Shown: positions 35,421 through 46,585, counted from the stretch's first letter. The stretch is 64,000 nt of DNA from Bdellovibrionales bacterium (GCA_020628165.1 JAHDFM010000013.1:15420-79419); one strand, 5' to 3'. The notes: generated by a model not told the origin, from the letters alone. Numbers and translations are program-made.

Positions 35421-38009
35421 TCATTTTACCGACTGAAATAACAATTCATCACCTTTAAAATCGATTGTCAGCATGTCTCCTGAGTTCAATGATTTTTTGA
35501 TGATCATTTGTGAAACTGGATTTAGTACCTCACTTTGAATGACTCTTTTAAGTGGCCTTGCCCCGTAAATGCGGTCATACCCTTTATCAGCTAAGTAAGA
35601 AATTGCATCCTCAGACATTTTAAAATTAATTTTTTTGTCTGCAAGCCTGGTTACAATGTCTTGCAACTGTATGTTCACAATGTGACTCATTTGCTCCTGT
35701 TTGAGTGAGTTAAATACGATGGTTTCATCAATGCGGTTTATAAACTCCGGCTTGAAATAACCAGACATAGCTTCGGTGACTTTGAAAGTCTTGTCATCAT
35801 CACTCAGTGACTCATCCAAAATCAATTCCGAGCCAATGTTAGAAGTCATAATTAAAATGGTGTTTTTAAAATCGACATTGCGCCCTTGACCGTCGGTCAA
35901 ACGACCATCATCTAAAACTTGCAACAACACATTAAAAACATCGGCATGAGCTTTTTCGATTTCATCAAACAAAATCACACTGTAGGGCTTGCGTCTCACT
36001 TGCTCGGTCAACTGCCCACCTTCTTCATAGCCAACGTAGCCCGGAGGAGCCCCAATGAGTCTGGCAACAGAGTGTTTTTCCATATACTCACTCATGTCTA
36101 TGCGAACAATGGCCTCTTCACTATCAAATAAGTAATCAGCAAGTGCTTTGACAGATTCAGTTTTACCTACACCCGTTGGGCCTAGAAAAACAAAAGATCC
36201 AATCGGTTTATTGGGGTCGGAAATACCTGCACGGGACCTTCTGATGGCATCAGACACGGCTTGTATGGCTTTGTCTTGCCCGATCACTCTTTTCTTTAGG
36301 AGTTCTTCCATGTTCAACAGTTTTTCACTTTCACTGGCCAACATTTTATCAACAGGAATGCCTGTCCATTTGGAGACAATTTGTGAGATCTGTTCAGGAC
36401 CAACCTCTTCTTTGAGCAAAGACGAACTGCTTTTTTGTTTCTCAGCACTGAGTTCAAAATCAATGAGTTTTTTTTCCAACTCCGGCAATTTGCCGTATTT
36501 GAGTTCAGCCACTTTTTCAAGTTGTCCCTCTCGCTCGGCTCTTAACATTTCATTTCTTACAGACTCAATGTCTAGCTTCACTTGCTTGAGACCAACGATG
36601 GCTAATTTTTCCTTTTCCCATTGTTCTTTAAGTTCTGAATGCTGATAGGTAAGCGTTTTAAGCTCATCTTCGATCACTGTGATTCGCTCTTTAGAGGCCT
36701 GGTCCGGCTCTTTTTTAAGAGCCTCGACCTCGATGTGCAAATTGGTCATTTGTCGATTGATATTGTCAATTTCAGCGGGGACACTGTTGATTTCAATGCT
36801 CAAACGACTGGCCGCTTCGTCCATGAGGTCGATGGCTTTGTCAGGTAAAAAACGATCCGATATGTAGCGATTGGACAATTTAACAGCGGCAACGATGGCA
36901 GAGTCTGTGATACGAACACCGTGATGAACTTCGTACTTTTCTTTGATACCTCTTAAGATGGTAATGGCATCTACTTCATTGGGTTCTTGAACAAGCACCG
37001 TTTGAAAACGTCTTTCTAAAGCTTTGTCTTTTTCTATGTACTTTCTGTACTCATCGAGAGTAGTAGCTCCGATGCACCTGAGCTCCCCTCTTGCTAGAGC
37101 TGGCTTTAAAAGCTGACCAGCATCCATAGCGCCATCACTTTTACCGGCACCGACAAGTGTGTGCAGCTCATCAATAAATAAAATGATTTCTCCATGACTG
37201 TCAGTGACTTCTTTGATCACTGCCTTTAAACGGTCTTCAAATTCACCGCGGTATTTAGCACCAGCAATGAGAGCTCCCATATCGAGAGAAAGAATTTTTT
37301 TGCCAAGTAAAATATTGGGGACATCTTTATTGATCACTTTAAGTGCTAAGCCTTCAGCAATAGCCGTTTTACCAACTCCAGGCTCTCCAATCAAAACGGG
37401 ATTATTTTTTGTACGTCTTGATAATACCTGAATCACTCGGCGAATCTCTTCATCGCGGCCAATGACGGGATCTAACTTTCCGCTTTCAGCAAGCTCTGTG
37501 AGGTCGCGTGCATATTTTTTTAGTGAGTTGTACTTGTTTTCTGGGTTATTATCGGTAATGTTTTGATCGCCTCTCACTTTTTTTAACTCCTTGTTAAAAT
37601 GATCCAAAGTGATGTCTTGTTTGATAAAAATTTTATGAACTCGTAATTTTTTATTTTTTAAAAAGGTCAGTAAAAAGTGTTCAGTAGATACAAACTGGTC
37701 CTTCATTTTGTCAGCTTCTACCTGCACTTGCATGAAGACATTGGATAGCTCAACACTAGGCTTGGGCTCTAAAGACCCACCTTGAGACACTGCAAATTGA
37801 TTGAGAGAATGTTTTAAATCAGAGTTTAATTTTTGAATATCCAAACCCATTTGAGCATAGAGGGTCTGAGTAAAACCATTGGAATCTTCAAGAAATGCTA
37901 ACAGTAAGTGCTCTGGCTCAAGCAGCGTATGCTTGTGCTGTTTAGCAATTTCCACAGACCTAATAAAAGCTTGTGTCACCGATTGGGTTAATTTATCTGG
38001 ACTAATCAT
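35421..38009 (-). CDS. clpB: AAA+ disaggregase ClpB
   Basis: Clp N-domain, Walker A GEPGVGKT and GPTGVGKT, a long coiled-coil M-domain. 862 aa. Confidence 0.97.
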   Translation of the reverse strand: MISPDKLTQSVTQAFIRSVEIAKQHKHTLLEPEHLLLAFLEDSNGFTQTLYAQMGLDIQKLNSDLKHSLNQFAVSQGGSLEPKPSVELSNVFMQVQVEADKMKDQFVSTEHFLLTFLKNKKLRVHKIFIKQDITLDHFNKELKKVRGDQNITDNNPENKYNSLKKYARDLTELAESGKLDPVIGRDEEIRRVIQVLSRRTKNNPVLIGEPGVGKTAIAEGLALKVINKDVPNILLGKKILSLDMGALIAGAKYRGEFEDRLKAVIKEVTDSHGEIILFIDELHTLVGAGKSDGAMDAGQLLKPALARGELRCIGATTLDEYRKYIEKDKALERRFQTVLVQEPNEVDAITILRGIKEKYEVHHGVRITDSAIVAAVKLSNRYISDRFLPDKAIDLMDEAASRLSIEINSVPAEIDNINRQMTNLHIEVEALKKEPDQASKERITVIEDELKTLTYQHSELKEQWEKEKLAIVGLKQVKLDIESVRNEMLRAEREGQLEKVAELKYGKLPELEKKLIDFELSAEKQKSSSSLLKEEVGPEQISQIVSKWTGIPVDKMLASESEKLLNMEELLKKRVIGQDKAIQAVSDAIRRSRAGISDPNKPIGSFVFLGPTGVGKTESVKALADYLFDSEEAIVRIDMSEYMEKHSVARLIGAPPGYVGYEEGGQLTEQVRRKPYSVILFDEIEKAHADVFNVLLQVLDDGRLTDGQGRNVDFKNTILIMTSNIGSELILDESLSDDDKTFKVTEAMSGYFKPEFINRIDETIVFNSLKQEQMSHIVNIQLQDIVTRLADKKINFKMSEDAISYLADKGYDRIYGARPLKRVIQSEVLNPVSQMIIKKSLNSGDMLTIDFKGDELLFQSVK

Positions 38010-38311
38010 AGGTACACCCCTTTTGTATTGTCACATAATTAAAGATGTTAACGAATTCAGAGAGGTCAAGGTCAAAAGATTCCAAGCTCCCAATGGCAGG
38101 GGACCGTTAAGAAATATTAAATAGTTATGATATTTTACTTAAGTTTTGAACTCGTCAATATTTTAAAAATCACCTGGATATCAAAGTTAATTTATTTTGT
38201 ATATTAGAGTGTGTGCTTCATATTTTAACATGAAAGAGCTTCATCTTCTTTCATCTACTTTGAAGATATTTAATAGTGACCTAACTAAAGTTTTATACTT
38301 ATATAGTACTT

Positions 38312-39886
38312 ATGGCTACTTCAAAAGAAATCGGATCTATGGCACTTTTAATTTTAACATCTATATTCTTCATATTTAAAGCTGATGCAAGAACTCCCGA
38401 ATATAAACAAATTTTAATCAATATATATACCTCCGCAAAAGCTTTTCACATGAAGAATGGTATATATTGCTCAGACTTTGATTTAATTGGCTATAGAAGT
38501 TATCATGATTTAAATAATACTAATTATGAAATTTTGAGTAGTCCTAACAAGAACTGTGAAAAACTGAAAGAAAAGTATAATGAACGTTGTAAAAAGTCAG
38601 AAATTCAATGTCAGAATAAAACAGAAAACAAAGTAGACCTTTTAAAGAACTACCCCATTGAGCCGTTCACAAATAACAATAGCTTTTTATTTTTAGCAGC
38701 AGCAGTTAATCCAAGGAATTGCCTATCTCTATGGTCAATTAATGAGAAAAAAGAAATACAAAATCATATTTCAAGTGAACACAATTGTGTTAATATTTAT
38801 AATAATGACCTCGCCTATAAAGATAAATTTAGTTTTTTAGAGCGTTTGTTTTATAAGTCTTTAAAAATCAAGAAAAGTGCATATAAAAGATCTGACAAGG
38901 GCACTACTGCAATCAAAGAAATATCAAAATCATGTATTAATAATAATGCTAAAAACTGTCACGAGCTTGCTTTACATTATTCGTTAGCAGGTGAGATATT
39001 AGATTCTAAAAAATATTATAAAAAATCATGTCACCTTAAATATGCGGATAGCTGCAATGAACTATCAACTTTGTTATTAAAAGAAAATCGCGTTAATAGA
39101 TCTATTGAATACGATATTAAATCCTGCAGTCTCGGCAACAAAAAAGGCTGTAGAAATGCAGCCGAAAAAAATTATAAATTAGGAAAATTCAAAACTTCTA
39201 GGAAATTTTATAAAAAGATAGGTAACAAAGGAAAAATGGCTTTTTTGAGCTTACTCATGCATGACCTTTCTTTTTCAAAAAAATACTACAAGAAGCAATG
39301 TAATGAAAAAATAACTTCAGGCTGTTTCTTTTTAGGTTACATAGAAAAAATGAATAATAATTTTAATAAGGCTAATAAATGGTACAGATTAGGATGTTCT
39401 GATTTTAATTTTATTTGTGCATATTTAGCTTTTAATGAATTGATTGTTGGCAATAAAGAGATTGGAAGAAACTTATCTAAAAAATTATGTGATAACAGCA
39501 AAGCCAATACTCATAGTTGTCGTTTATCAAAATACTTTAAATATTACGAAGAAAAACCAAATATGGCAAATTACTGGTCAAAAAATTGTAATGAAAGTAA
39601 ACCAGATAATTGTTATTACAGTGGCCTTAATGAGATTATTGAATTTAAAAATTTCAAGTCTGCAAAAAAATTGTTTAGAAAATCTTGTGACTTTGGCTAT
39701 GGCAATGCTTGTGTTGAATTAGCCAATTTATCAAATAGATATTGGGATTTCAAAAATTTTGCTACACTAATGAATGAAGCTTGTGAAAAAAAATCTGAAT
39801 CTGCTTGTAATTTTATAAATAAAAATTATTTCCCTTTTAACCTAGATATAAATTTAGCCCTTAAATCTCAAGACTCTAGACACTAA
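38312..39886 (+). CDS. Cysteine-rich Sel1-like repeat (Hcp-like) secreted protein
   Basis: Repeated C-x(6-8)-C-x2-L/A...Y-x-K-[SAG]-C units (e.g. CHELALHY...YYKKSCHLKYADSCNEL...DIKSCSLGNKKGCRNAAE). Very AT-rich gene. Alternative start ATG 38339 gives signal peptide MALLILTSIFFIFKADA. Confidence 0.7.
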   Translation: MATSKEIGSMALLILTSIFFIFKADARTPEYKQILINIYTSAKAFHMKNGIYCSDFDLIGYRSYHDLNNTNYEILSSPNKNCEKLKEKYNERCKKSEIQCQNKTENKVDLLKNYPIEPFTNNNSFLFLAAAVNPRNCLSLWSINEKKEIQNHISSEHNCVNIYNNDLAYKDKFSFLERLFYKSLKIKKSAYKRSDKGTTAIKEISKSCINNNAKNCHELALHYSLAGEILDSKKYYKKSCHLKYADSCNELSTLLLKENRVNRSIEYDIKSCSLGNKKGCRNAAEKNYKLGKFKTSRKFYKKIGNKGKMAFLSLLMHDLSFSKKYYKKQCNEKITSGCFFLGYIEKMNNNFNKANKWYRLGCSDFNFICAYLAFNELIVGNKEIGRNLSKKLCDNSKANTHSCRLSKYFKYYEEKPNMANYWSKNCNESKPDNCYYSGLNEIIEFKNFKSAKKLFRKSCDFGYGNACVELANLSNRYWDFKNFATLMNEACEKKSESACNFINKNYFPFNLDINLALKSQDSRH

Positions 39887-40030
39887 AGACAGAATGACTT
39901 AAAGGACTTTTAAGCTCTAATTTATTAAATTTGATCAAACTCAAGCTATCTTTTGCTAAGTTTTTACTATATTTAAAACATATATGAGTGTTATTCACTC
40001 TATATTGCTTGATTCGGAGGTTCTACTACA

Positions 40031-40513
40031 ATGTTAGGTGTGCTTTTAAAAACTATAATATTTCTTAACTTATTATTTGGCTACCATGCAGTTGCAAAAT
40101 TAAAAGACTTCACTAAGGCAGAACAATTAAGTCGCTTAGATGTAGGCCCTAAAGTTGAAGTCATTTATAACAATTGTTCGTTACTACAGAATCGAGCTGA
40201 TTTTTTTAACACTGAATTTAAAAGAATTACGAATCAAAATGAATTTAAGAAGAAAAATTTAAATTTTAAAACAGGTGAAGGACGTTTTAAACTATACAGA
40301 TATAAGTTCATAAAAGCTCAACTTGATTTATTAATTAATATGAGGAAAATAGAACTAAAAGAAGATAAAAGTGTTATTCGTGAAAACATTGATGAGCTAA
40401 ACACAATTAATAAATCTGATCAAAGCGATCGATACGAAAGCATTAAAAAAATTTGTGAATCCATTGATAAAATAATCATAACTCAAGATAAAGTAGTTAA
40501 TGATATGTTTTGA
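40031..40513 (+). CDS. Secreted hypothetical protein (helical, Lys/Asn-rich)
   Basis: Signal peptide MLGVLLKTIIFLNLLFGYHAVA. No motif recognised. Confidence 0.5.
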   Translation: MLGVLLKTIIFLNLLFGYHAVAKLKDFTKAEQLSRLDVGPKVEVIYNNCSLLQNRADFFNTEFKRITNQNEFKKKNLNFKTGEGRFKLYRYKFIKAQLDLLINMRKIELKEDKSVIRENIDELNTINKSDQSDRYESIKKICESIDKIIITQDKVVNDMF

Positions 40514-40630
40514 ACAAATTCTCACGAACTAACCTCTTCTGGATAAAATGGCATATCCTCAACCCTATTTAAATTATTAAAGTCTGGTGGTTTTTTTAAG
40601 TATTTTTTCAAAAGTTGATCGATTTCAACT

Positions 40631-41062
40631 TCACTCATATGACCCAGTATTTTTTAAGCCACTTTGTTTCAAAAGATCTGCTGACAGGCCTAAACCTCTT
40701 TTAAATTTACATTTGTTACCATTTTTTGTAGCTGGGTCTAATATGATGTTTGTGCAGCAACTATCAGACCCCTCTGTCAGAATGATTAAATCAGGGTTTT
40801 GAAGTTTTGCAAACTCTAGCATTTGTTGAGCACCATTCATCATGATATCAGTGCAATCTTTTTCGTCTGTATCTATAATTTGAGCTGTGCCGTCTAGCAC
40901 CACCGCCCCGTCGCCGTTATGAATGAGCATATTGTTTCTTGGTGTTCCTAAAACTTTGTCCTCGGGGCAAAAGTGAACAATCTCAACTTCAGGGCTATCT
41001 AAAATTTTCTGAATAAAAGAATTTAAAAAAATTTCCGCCACCAAACATGACATTTTTACCAA
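40631..41062 (-). CDS. DUF523 (TudS-like) family protein
   Basis: FCPEDKVLGTPRN...GDGAVVLDG...GAQQMLEFA...IILTEGSDSCC follows the DUF523 pattern (CPE..GG.PTPR ... SPSCG). Confidence 0.55.
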   Translation of the reverse strand: MVKMSCLVAEIFLNSFIQKILDSPEVEIVHFCPEDKVLGTPRNNMLIHNGDGAVVLDGTAQIIDTDEKDCTDIMMNGAQQMLEFAKLQNPDLIILTEGSDSCCTNIILDPATKNGNKCKFKRGLGLSADLLKQSGLKNTGSYE

Positions 41063-41169
41063 TCAAACATGAACTCATCATTATTTTCATGATTAGGTTA
41101 TTAACACATCTTTGTTATTAATTCTATGAGCGTTTGTGATTCTTTACCGATTGACTCGCGGATAATAAA

Positions 41170-41775
41170 TTATAATTCTTTTATGAATCTAAAGGTCAAA
41201 TTCAACCTTGGTGAATTTACCTTCTTTGTCTTAGGCAAAGCATGCAACCAATATTTTTGGGTTTCACCTTTCATGATCAGTAAACTCCCACTCTCTAAAT
41301 CACAATCCACTTTTAGATCTTTAGTTCTATGCTTTAATTTGAACTTTCTAGTGGCTCCTAAACTTATGGAGGCAATCATAGGTTTTTCGCCCAACTCTGG
41401 TTCGTTGTCGGCATGCCAACCCATAGAGTGGTTGCCGTTTTCGTAGTAATTGAGCAAAACTCCGTTGAATTGAGTATCTGTATAGTCTTCGACCCTTTCT
41501 TTAATCAACTTCACTTTGGGCGTCCAAGCTTGCCTTTTTAACGTTGTTTTTGAATAGGAGTAATTAATATTAGGGTCTGCCATCCAAGCAATCTTACGAG
41601 GCTGCAGATGCTCTTTACCAAAGAGTTTGATCGTGTGTTGCTCCCAAGTGATGCCTGCAATTATAGACGGTAAAAGATCTCTATTTTGTAAAAAGTTTTT
41701 GTAATAGAGACACTCCCCATCAACATCTAATATTTTTTTCCCAAACTCACTCATCTTAATTTTACTTAAAGCCAA
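41170..41775 (-). CDS. alkB: Fe(II)/2-oxoglutarate-dependent dioxygenase AlkB
   Basis: LLNYYENGNHSMGWHADNE (H-x-D), WLHALPK (distal His) and RLNLTFRF (2OG Arg). Confidence 0.85.
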   Translation of the reverse strand: MALSKIKMSEFGKKILDVDGECLYYKNFLQNRDLLPSIIAGITWEQHTIKLFGKEHLQPRKIAWMADPNINYSYSKTTLKRQAWTPKVKLIKERVEDYTDTQFNGVLLNYYENGNHSMGWHADNEPELGEKPMIASISLGATRKFKLKHRTKDLKVDCDLESGSLLIMKGETQKYWLHALPKTKKVNSPRLNLTFRFIKEL

Positions 41776-42809
41776 GCTTTATAATATGCCCCTTCAGGAT
41801 CATACATTTGCATTTGTTTCTCAATATCAAATTGACGACCGCCTCTAGGGTCAGCGCCAACTCCTGCTATGTACATCCAATTGCCGTAATTAGAGAACAC
41901 ATCGTAATCAATCAAATTGACCTCTAAAAAATAAGCTCCCGACAACCAAGGCAGCTCTAAATTATAAATCCAGAAGCTTGCAAACAACTGCCGGGCGCGA
42001 TTACCCAAGTACCCCGTACTCTCAAGCTCATTGAGCGAAGCTTGCCAAAAAGGATGGTTACTCATCTCTCTTAAACTAGCAAAGCTATAGTCCTTATCAA
42101 GAGCAAACACTTTCTCACCAAGAAGACCATTTTCTGAAAAAAACTTGGTTGTGTGTAACTGATAATGCCAATAAAAGAACTCTCGCCAAAGCAGTTCAAA
42201 AACAATCCATTTGGTCGATCTGTTCTTGCCATTCTTTGCTTCATAATCTTTAACACGATTGTAGAGATATTTAACATCAAGAGAGCCAATAGCTAAGTGA
42301 GCCGACATCTTGGTTGAGTAATTCTCACCAACCAGGCCGTTTCTAGTTGCAAAGTAAGTGGAGGCAAATTGGTTATCTTCAAAATAAAAATCTAAATGAT
42401 TTATCAAATCATCGTCTATGGGTTCTAGAGCTTCACTGAACCTTTTTCGCAATAAACCTTTGGCTACCCCTTTGAACTGAGTGAAGGTCTTAAGGTCTTG
42501 TTTATTGAAGTCATGATTGAACAATCTGTTTTGCGGGCCAACACTCTTGTATTTTTGCAGCTCATTGTAGCTGTTCCATGCGTAGACGTGATCATAAGAT
42601 GTCTCAGAGGATAGCACTTGATCTTGACCGTTTTCCTCAAAGACGACCTCTACGTTTTTAAACTTCTTTTTTAAAAACTCAAGACGCCTTAACATAAATT
42701 GTTTTTGAGACTCACTGTGCATATCAGGACTGTAAATAATCTGTTCATCGTCAGACAATTGATAATAGGCATGAATTAAGTTGCGTTTAATCAAAACTTT
42801 TTTAGCCAT
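41766..42809 (-). CDS. Short cryptochrome/photolyase-family protein (CRY-DASH-like FAD domain)
   Basis: STKMSAHLAIGSL, LLWREFFYW, GNRARQLFASFW and NYGNWMYIAGVGADPRGGRQFDIEKQMQMYDPEG. ATG 42809 with GAGG SD. Only about 347 aa, with a short, degenerate N-terminal domain. Confidence 0.75.
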   Translation of the reverse strand: MAKKVLIKRNLIHAYYQLSDDEQIIYSPDMHSESQKQFMLRRLEFLKKKFKNVEVVFEENGQDQVLSSETSYDHVYAWNSYNELQKYKSVGPQNRLFNHDFNKQDLKTFTQFKGVAKGLLRKRFSEALEPIDDDLINHLDFYFEDNQFASTYFATRNGLVGENYSTKMSAHLAIGSLDVKYLYNRVKDYEAKNGKNRSTKWIVFELLWREFFYWHYQLHTTKFFSENGLLGEKVFALDKDYSFASLREMSNHPFWQASLNELESTGYLGNRARQLFASFWIYNLELPWLSGAYFLEVNLIDYDVFSNYGNWMYIAGVGADPRGGRQFDIEKQMQMYDPEGAYYKAWL

Positions 42810-42991
42810 CACAAACCTCAGCGTAATAATGGTGAATAACAATATCTATTAAGAGAAAAAAATTATAGCTCAATAAAAAAAGCATAGTCACTTTATCTCA
42901 ACTAAATATAAAGTTACCTTAATTTCGCACCTGAAGATAACACGGGTCTGTTATTTTAACCTTTTAAAAACTTAAAGTAGTTATCATTGCT

Positions 42992-44347
42992 CTATAGAAA
43001 ATTATTTCTATAGTCCTTAAGTTTGTCTCGCACTTTATAGGCCAAATAAATAGTAGCAAACATATTCGGCACTGCCATAAATCCATAGCCTATATCTAAT
43101 ATATTGATCACATTGTCCGGTGTTGTCACAGCCCCATAAACCAATGTGAGGCAAAACCAAAAAATAAATAAATAGCGATTAAAGATAAAACGCCCCTTAA
43201 AGACATAGTTCCAACATTTTTCATTGTAGTTGGCCATGCCCACCATCGTACTAAAAGAGAATAACAACACAGCCGCACCCAACAAGTGAATGCCAAATGT
43301 AGGTAGTGACTGCTGGAATGCCATCGTCGTCATCACAATGCCCGTAACATCACCGACAGTTTTATAATCAATGCTTGTTAATATAGCCAGAGCTGTCATC
43401 GTACACACAATAAGAGTGTCCATAAAGGGTCCAAGCATTCCAACGAAACCTTCACTGATGGGTTGATTGGTTTTCACATTACTATGGGCCATGGGCGCAG
43501 TTCCGATACCTGCCTCATTGGAAAAGCCGGCTCGCTTCACCCCAATCTTTAAAACCTGAATCACACCAAGGCCAACAGCCCCACCGTAGGCGGCACGACC
43601 ATTAAAGGCCTCATAAAAGATAGAGTAAAAAACAGCTGGAACTTTTTCAAAATTAATAAAAATAATCACTAGACAAGAAATGACATATAATAGACACATC
43701 AAAGGAACTAACTTTTCAGTCACCTTAGAAATTCGTTTGATACCCCCCAACAAAACAACAGCCACTAAGCCAGCACTCACTAAACCGGTCCATAGCTTTG
43801 GGGTTTGGTATTGGTCAAAAAGATAAGCAGACAACTGATTGGTTTGAAACAATGCCATGGTGCCAACGAGACCACAGATGGCAAAAACAAGAGCGAGCGG
43901 CTTAAATGCTTTCGGCAATGCTTTTTCTATCACAAACATAGGGCCGCCATGGGTTTCCCCCAAATGATCTTTCCCTCTGTACATCATAGAAAGGCTGCAC
44001 TCAAAAAACTTAGTGTTCATTCCGATGAAAGACGCCACCCACATCCAGAATATAGCACCGGGGCCACCTTGCGAAATAGCTACGGCTACTCCTGCAATGT
44101 TGCCTAAGCCAATTGTTGCCGCTAAGGCATTGGTTAATCCTTGAAAGTGAGAAATCTGCCCCTCAGCGCGAGACTCTCCTTTATGTTTATATTGGCCCGT
44201 CACCAACTTAATGGCATGAACAAAACCTAACAATGGTAAAAATCGAGAGACCCATAGGAGGTAAAAACCTCCTCCCATTAATAGTATAACTAAGGGCAAA
44301 CCCCACACGTACTCAACAATGATCGTCAACAGCTGCGAAAAAGTCAT
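42992..44347 (-). CDS. Alanine/glycine:cation symporter (AGCS family)
   Basis: GGPGAIFWMWV and FSNEAGIGTAPMAHS. Multi-TM. Start moved to ATG 44347. Confidence 0.9.
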   Translation of the reverse strand: MTFSQLLTIIVEYVWGLPLVILLMGGGFYLLWVSRFLPLLGFVHAIKLVTGQYKHKGESRAEGQISHFQGLTNALAATIGLGNIAGVAVAISQGGPGAIFWMWVASFIGMNTKFFECSLSMMYRGKDHLGETHGGPMFVIEKALPKAFKPLALVFAICGLVGTMALFQTNQLSAYLFDQYQTPKLWTGLVSAGLVAVVLLGGIKRISKVTEKLVPLMCLLYVISCLVIIFINFEKVPAVFYSIFYEAFNGRAAYGGAVGLGVIQVLKIGVKRAGFSNEAGIGTAPMAHSNVKTNQPISEGFVGMLGPFMDTLIVCTMTALAILTSIDYKTVGDVTGIVMTTMAFQQSLPTFGIHLLGAAVLLFSFSTMVGMANYNEKCWNYVFKGRFIFNRYLFIFWFCLTLVYGAVTTPDNVINILDIGYGFMAVPNMFATIYLAYKVRDKLKDYRNNFL

Positions 44348-44441
44348 AGACGCCAGTATGGCAACGTTATAAAACAATAACAAGGGTTAACAAATTAATA
44401 GAATTTTTTACGATAGCTCTCTCAACAAATAAGAATTACTT

Positions 44442-45281
44442 ATGAATATATCTATCATTTTACCCACATTCAACCGACCCAACATGACAATTCGTGCTTT
44501 AAATAGTATTGTTAAACAAACTTACCGTCATTTTGAACTCATTGTTATTGATGATGGGTCTTTCGATAACACATATGATCGCATCAACGATTATTTAAAA
44601 ACACAACAAAATATTAAATACAAATTGATCAAAAAAACGAACAAAGGCGTTAGTCACGCGCGCAACATAGGGCTTCGACTCGCTCAATATGACTGGGTGG
44701 CTTTTTTGGATAGCGATGATGAATGGCTTCCTTCTAGACTGCAAACTCAAGTAAATTACATTAATAAGACACCAGACTGCCACTGGGTTTACAGTGATGA
44801 ACAGTGGGTTAAAGATGGAGTCGTCATTCCTGTAAAACCTAACTCCTGCAAAAAGTATCACGGCGCTGTTTTAAAAAAAGCCATAGATAGGTGCTTTATA
44901 GGATGCTCAACGGTGCTCATTCGAAAATCTCATATTGAAGATGTAGGCGGCTTTAATGAAAACTTTCCCGCTTGTGAAGATTACGATCTTTGGCTCAAAT
45001 TGCTTTCTAAATACAAAGTTGATTATATTGACCAAAAGCTTGTTACACGCTTTGGTGGTCACGACGACCAGTTATCAAGAGCCTTTCACAGCATGAACCT
45101 TTGGCGTTTAAAGTCAGTTGCTAACCTGCTGGAAAAATCACATTTAAATGAGCCTGAGCGATCCTATGCTGAAAATTTCATCAAATCCAAAGCCCCTCAA
45201 CTCATGAATGGTTACAAAAAGTACAATAATCCAGAGCAGCTACAAGAGGTTGCAGATATCCTTAATAAATTGAGCATTTAA
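44442..45281 (+). CDS. Family 2 glycosyltransferase
   Basis: ISIILPTFNR, LIVIDDGS and FLDSDDEW. Confidence 0.85.
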   Translation: MNISIILPTFNRPNMTIRALNSIVKQTYRHFELIVIDDGSFDNTYDRINDYLKTQQNIKYKLIKKTNKGVSHARNIGLRLAQYDWVAFLDSDDEWLPSRLQTQVNYINKTPDCHWVYSDEQWVKDGVVIPVKPNSCKKYHGAVLKKAIDRCFIGCSTVLIRKSHIEDVGGFNENFPACEDYDLWLKLLSKYKVDYIDQKLVTRFGGHDDQLSRAFHSMNLWRLKSVANLLEKSHLNEPERSYAENFIKSKAPQLMNGYKKYNNPEQLQEVADILNKLSI

Positions 45282-45377
45282 GAGTCAATTTCCGTCTGTA
45301 AAACACTTGAAACTCTCAAAAAAGCATGATTTTCTACTTGGGAATTTAAAATCTAAGCATCAATATAAAGGCTGACT

Positions 45378-46577
45378 ATGGCACAGGACTTCACAAGCTA
45401 CGACCTATTCAACCCCAGCGAAGAACATCAAATGTTACGACAAATGGTGAAAGAATTTTGTCTAACAGAAGTTGAACCGCAAGCTGACCATCAGGATAGA
45501 AAAGAAGAGTTCAACTTAGACCTCTTTAAAAAGCTAGGTCCTTTAGGCCTTCTTGGAATCACAGTTCCTGAAGACTGTGGTGGCTCTAATATGGATGCCA
45601 TTGCTGCCGTCATTGCTCACGAAGAGCTCTCGGTCAGTGATCCTGGATTTTGTTTAGCTTACCTGGCTCACTCAATGTTGTGTGTAAACAACTTAGCTGA
45701 TAATGCCTCTGGTTTTCATAAAGAAAAAATTCTACCTGCATTGTGCAGCGGCGATGCTATTGGTTGCATGGCAATGTCAGAGCCCCATGTGGGCACCGAT
45801 GTTTTAGGAATGAAGTCGACTGCACAAAAAGATGGCGACAACTTTATCATCAATGGTCGCAAAATGTGGATCACTAACGGCACAGTCGATGAAAATAACA
45901 CGCCGGCAGATTACGTTTTGCTTTATGCAGTGACCGGAGAAAAAAATAATCGCCCAGAGATATCCACATTTATTGTGGAAAAAGGCACCCCAGGTTACTC
46001 GGTAGGCCAGAAAATAAAGGATAAGACGGGAATGCGTGCTTCTAATACAGCCGAGCTTGTCTTCGACAATTGTGTTGTGCCAAGTACACACTTAGTGGGT
46101 GAACTTGGAGACTCTATGCACCATATGATGAAGAATTTAGAAATTGAACGCCTCACTCTTGCTGCAATGAGTTTAGGAATTGCCAAAAGATCATTACAAA
46201 TCATGGTCAAGTACGCCAAAGAGCGTGAAGCTTTTGGCAAACCACTCAGTCACTTTGGACAAATTCAAAAATACATTTCTGAAAGTTACGCAGAATATAT
46301 GGCAAGTCGCACCTACGTTTACGAAACAGCTCGTAGACTCAATAGCTATAACCACCGTTTGGATTCAGACGGTGTGAAACTTGTTGCTGCAACCATGGCT
46401 AAGAACGTTGCCGACCGAGCAATGCAAGTGCTGGGTGGCTACGGCTATGTTGGGGAATACGTTGTAGAACGTTTATGGCGTGATGCTAAGCTCATAGAGA
46501 TTGGTGGGGGAACTCTAGAAGCACACCAAAAAAATATAACCAAAGATCTCTACAAGCACATTGATGCTTTGAATTAA
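45378..46577 (+). CDS. Acyl-CoA dehydrogenase (isovaleryl-CoA dehydrogenase-like)
   Basis: AHSMLCVNNL, AMSEPHVGTDV, MWITNG and EIGGGTLE. Confidence 0.9.
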   Translation: MAQDFTSYDLFNPSEEHQMLRQMVKEFCLTEVEPQADHQDRKEEFNLDLFKKLGPLGLLGITVPEDCGGSNMDAIAAVIAHEELSVSDPGFCLAYLAHSMLCVNNLADNASGFHKEKILPALCSGDAIGCMAMSEPHVGTDVLGMKSTAQKDGDNFIINGRKMWITNGTVDENNTPADYVLLYAVTGEKNNRPEISTFIVEKGTPGYSVGQKIKDKTGMRASNTAELVFDNCVVPSTHLVGELGDSMHHMMKNLEIERLTLAAMSLGIAKRSLQIMVKYAKEREAFGKPLSHFGQIQKYISESYAEYMASRTYVYETARRLNSYNHRLDSDGVKLVAATMAKNVADRAMQVLGGYGYVGEYVVERLWRDAKLIEIGGGTLEAHQKNITKDLYKHIDALN

Positions 46578-46585
46578 GGACCCAA

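Noticed and set aside
38040-38090. Possible sigma-32-type heat-shock promoter upstream of clpB (minus-strand CTTGGAA … CCTCTCT)
   Set aside because: The -10-like element matches CCCCATNT poorly and the spacing is ambiguous. It cannot be supported without TSS data. No CIRCE-like inverted repeat was seen either.
35919-38124. Several 60-165-aa ORFs in the track on the + strand (35919..36131, 36148..36645, 36639..36848, 36679..36867, 37204..37431, 37879..38124)
   Set aside because: All lie antisense within clpB, whose full-length conserved AAA+ protein explains the region. Their Ser/Leu-rich low-complexity translations are typical shadow ORFs.
40587-41446. Plus-strand ORFs 40587..40802 and 41126..41446
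   Set aside because: They are antisense to the DUF523 and alkB genes, both of which carry recognisable family motifs.
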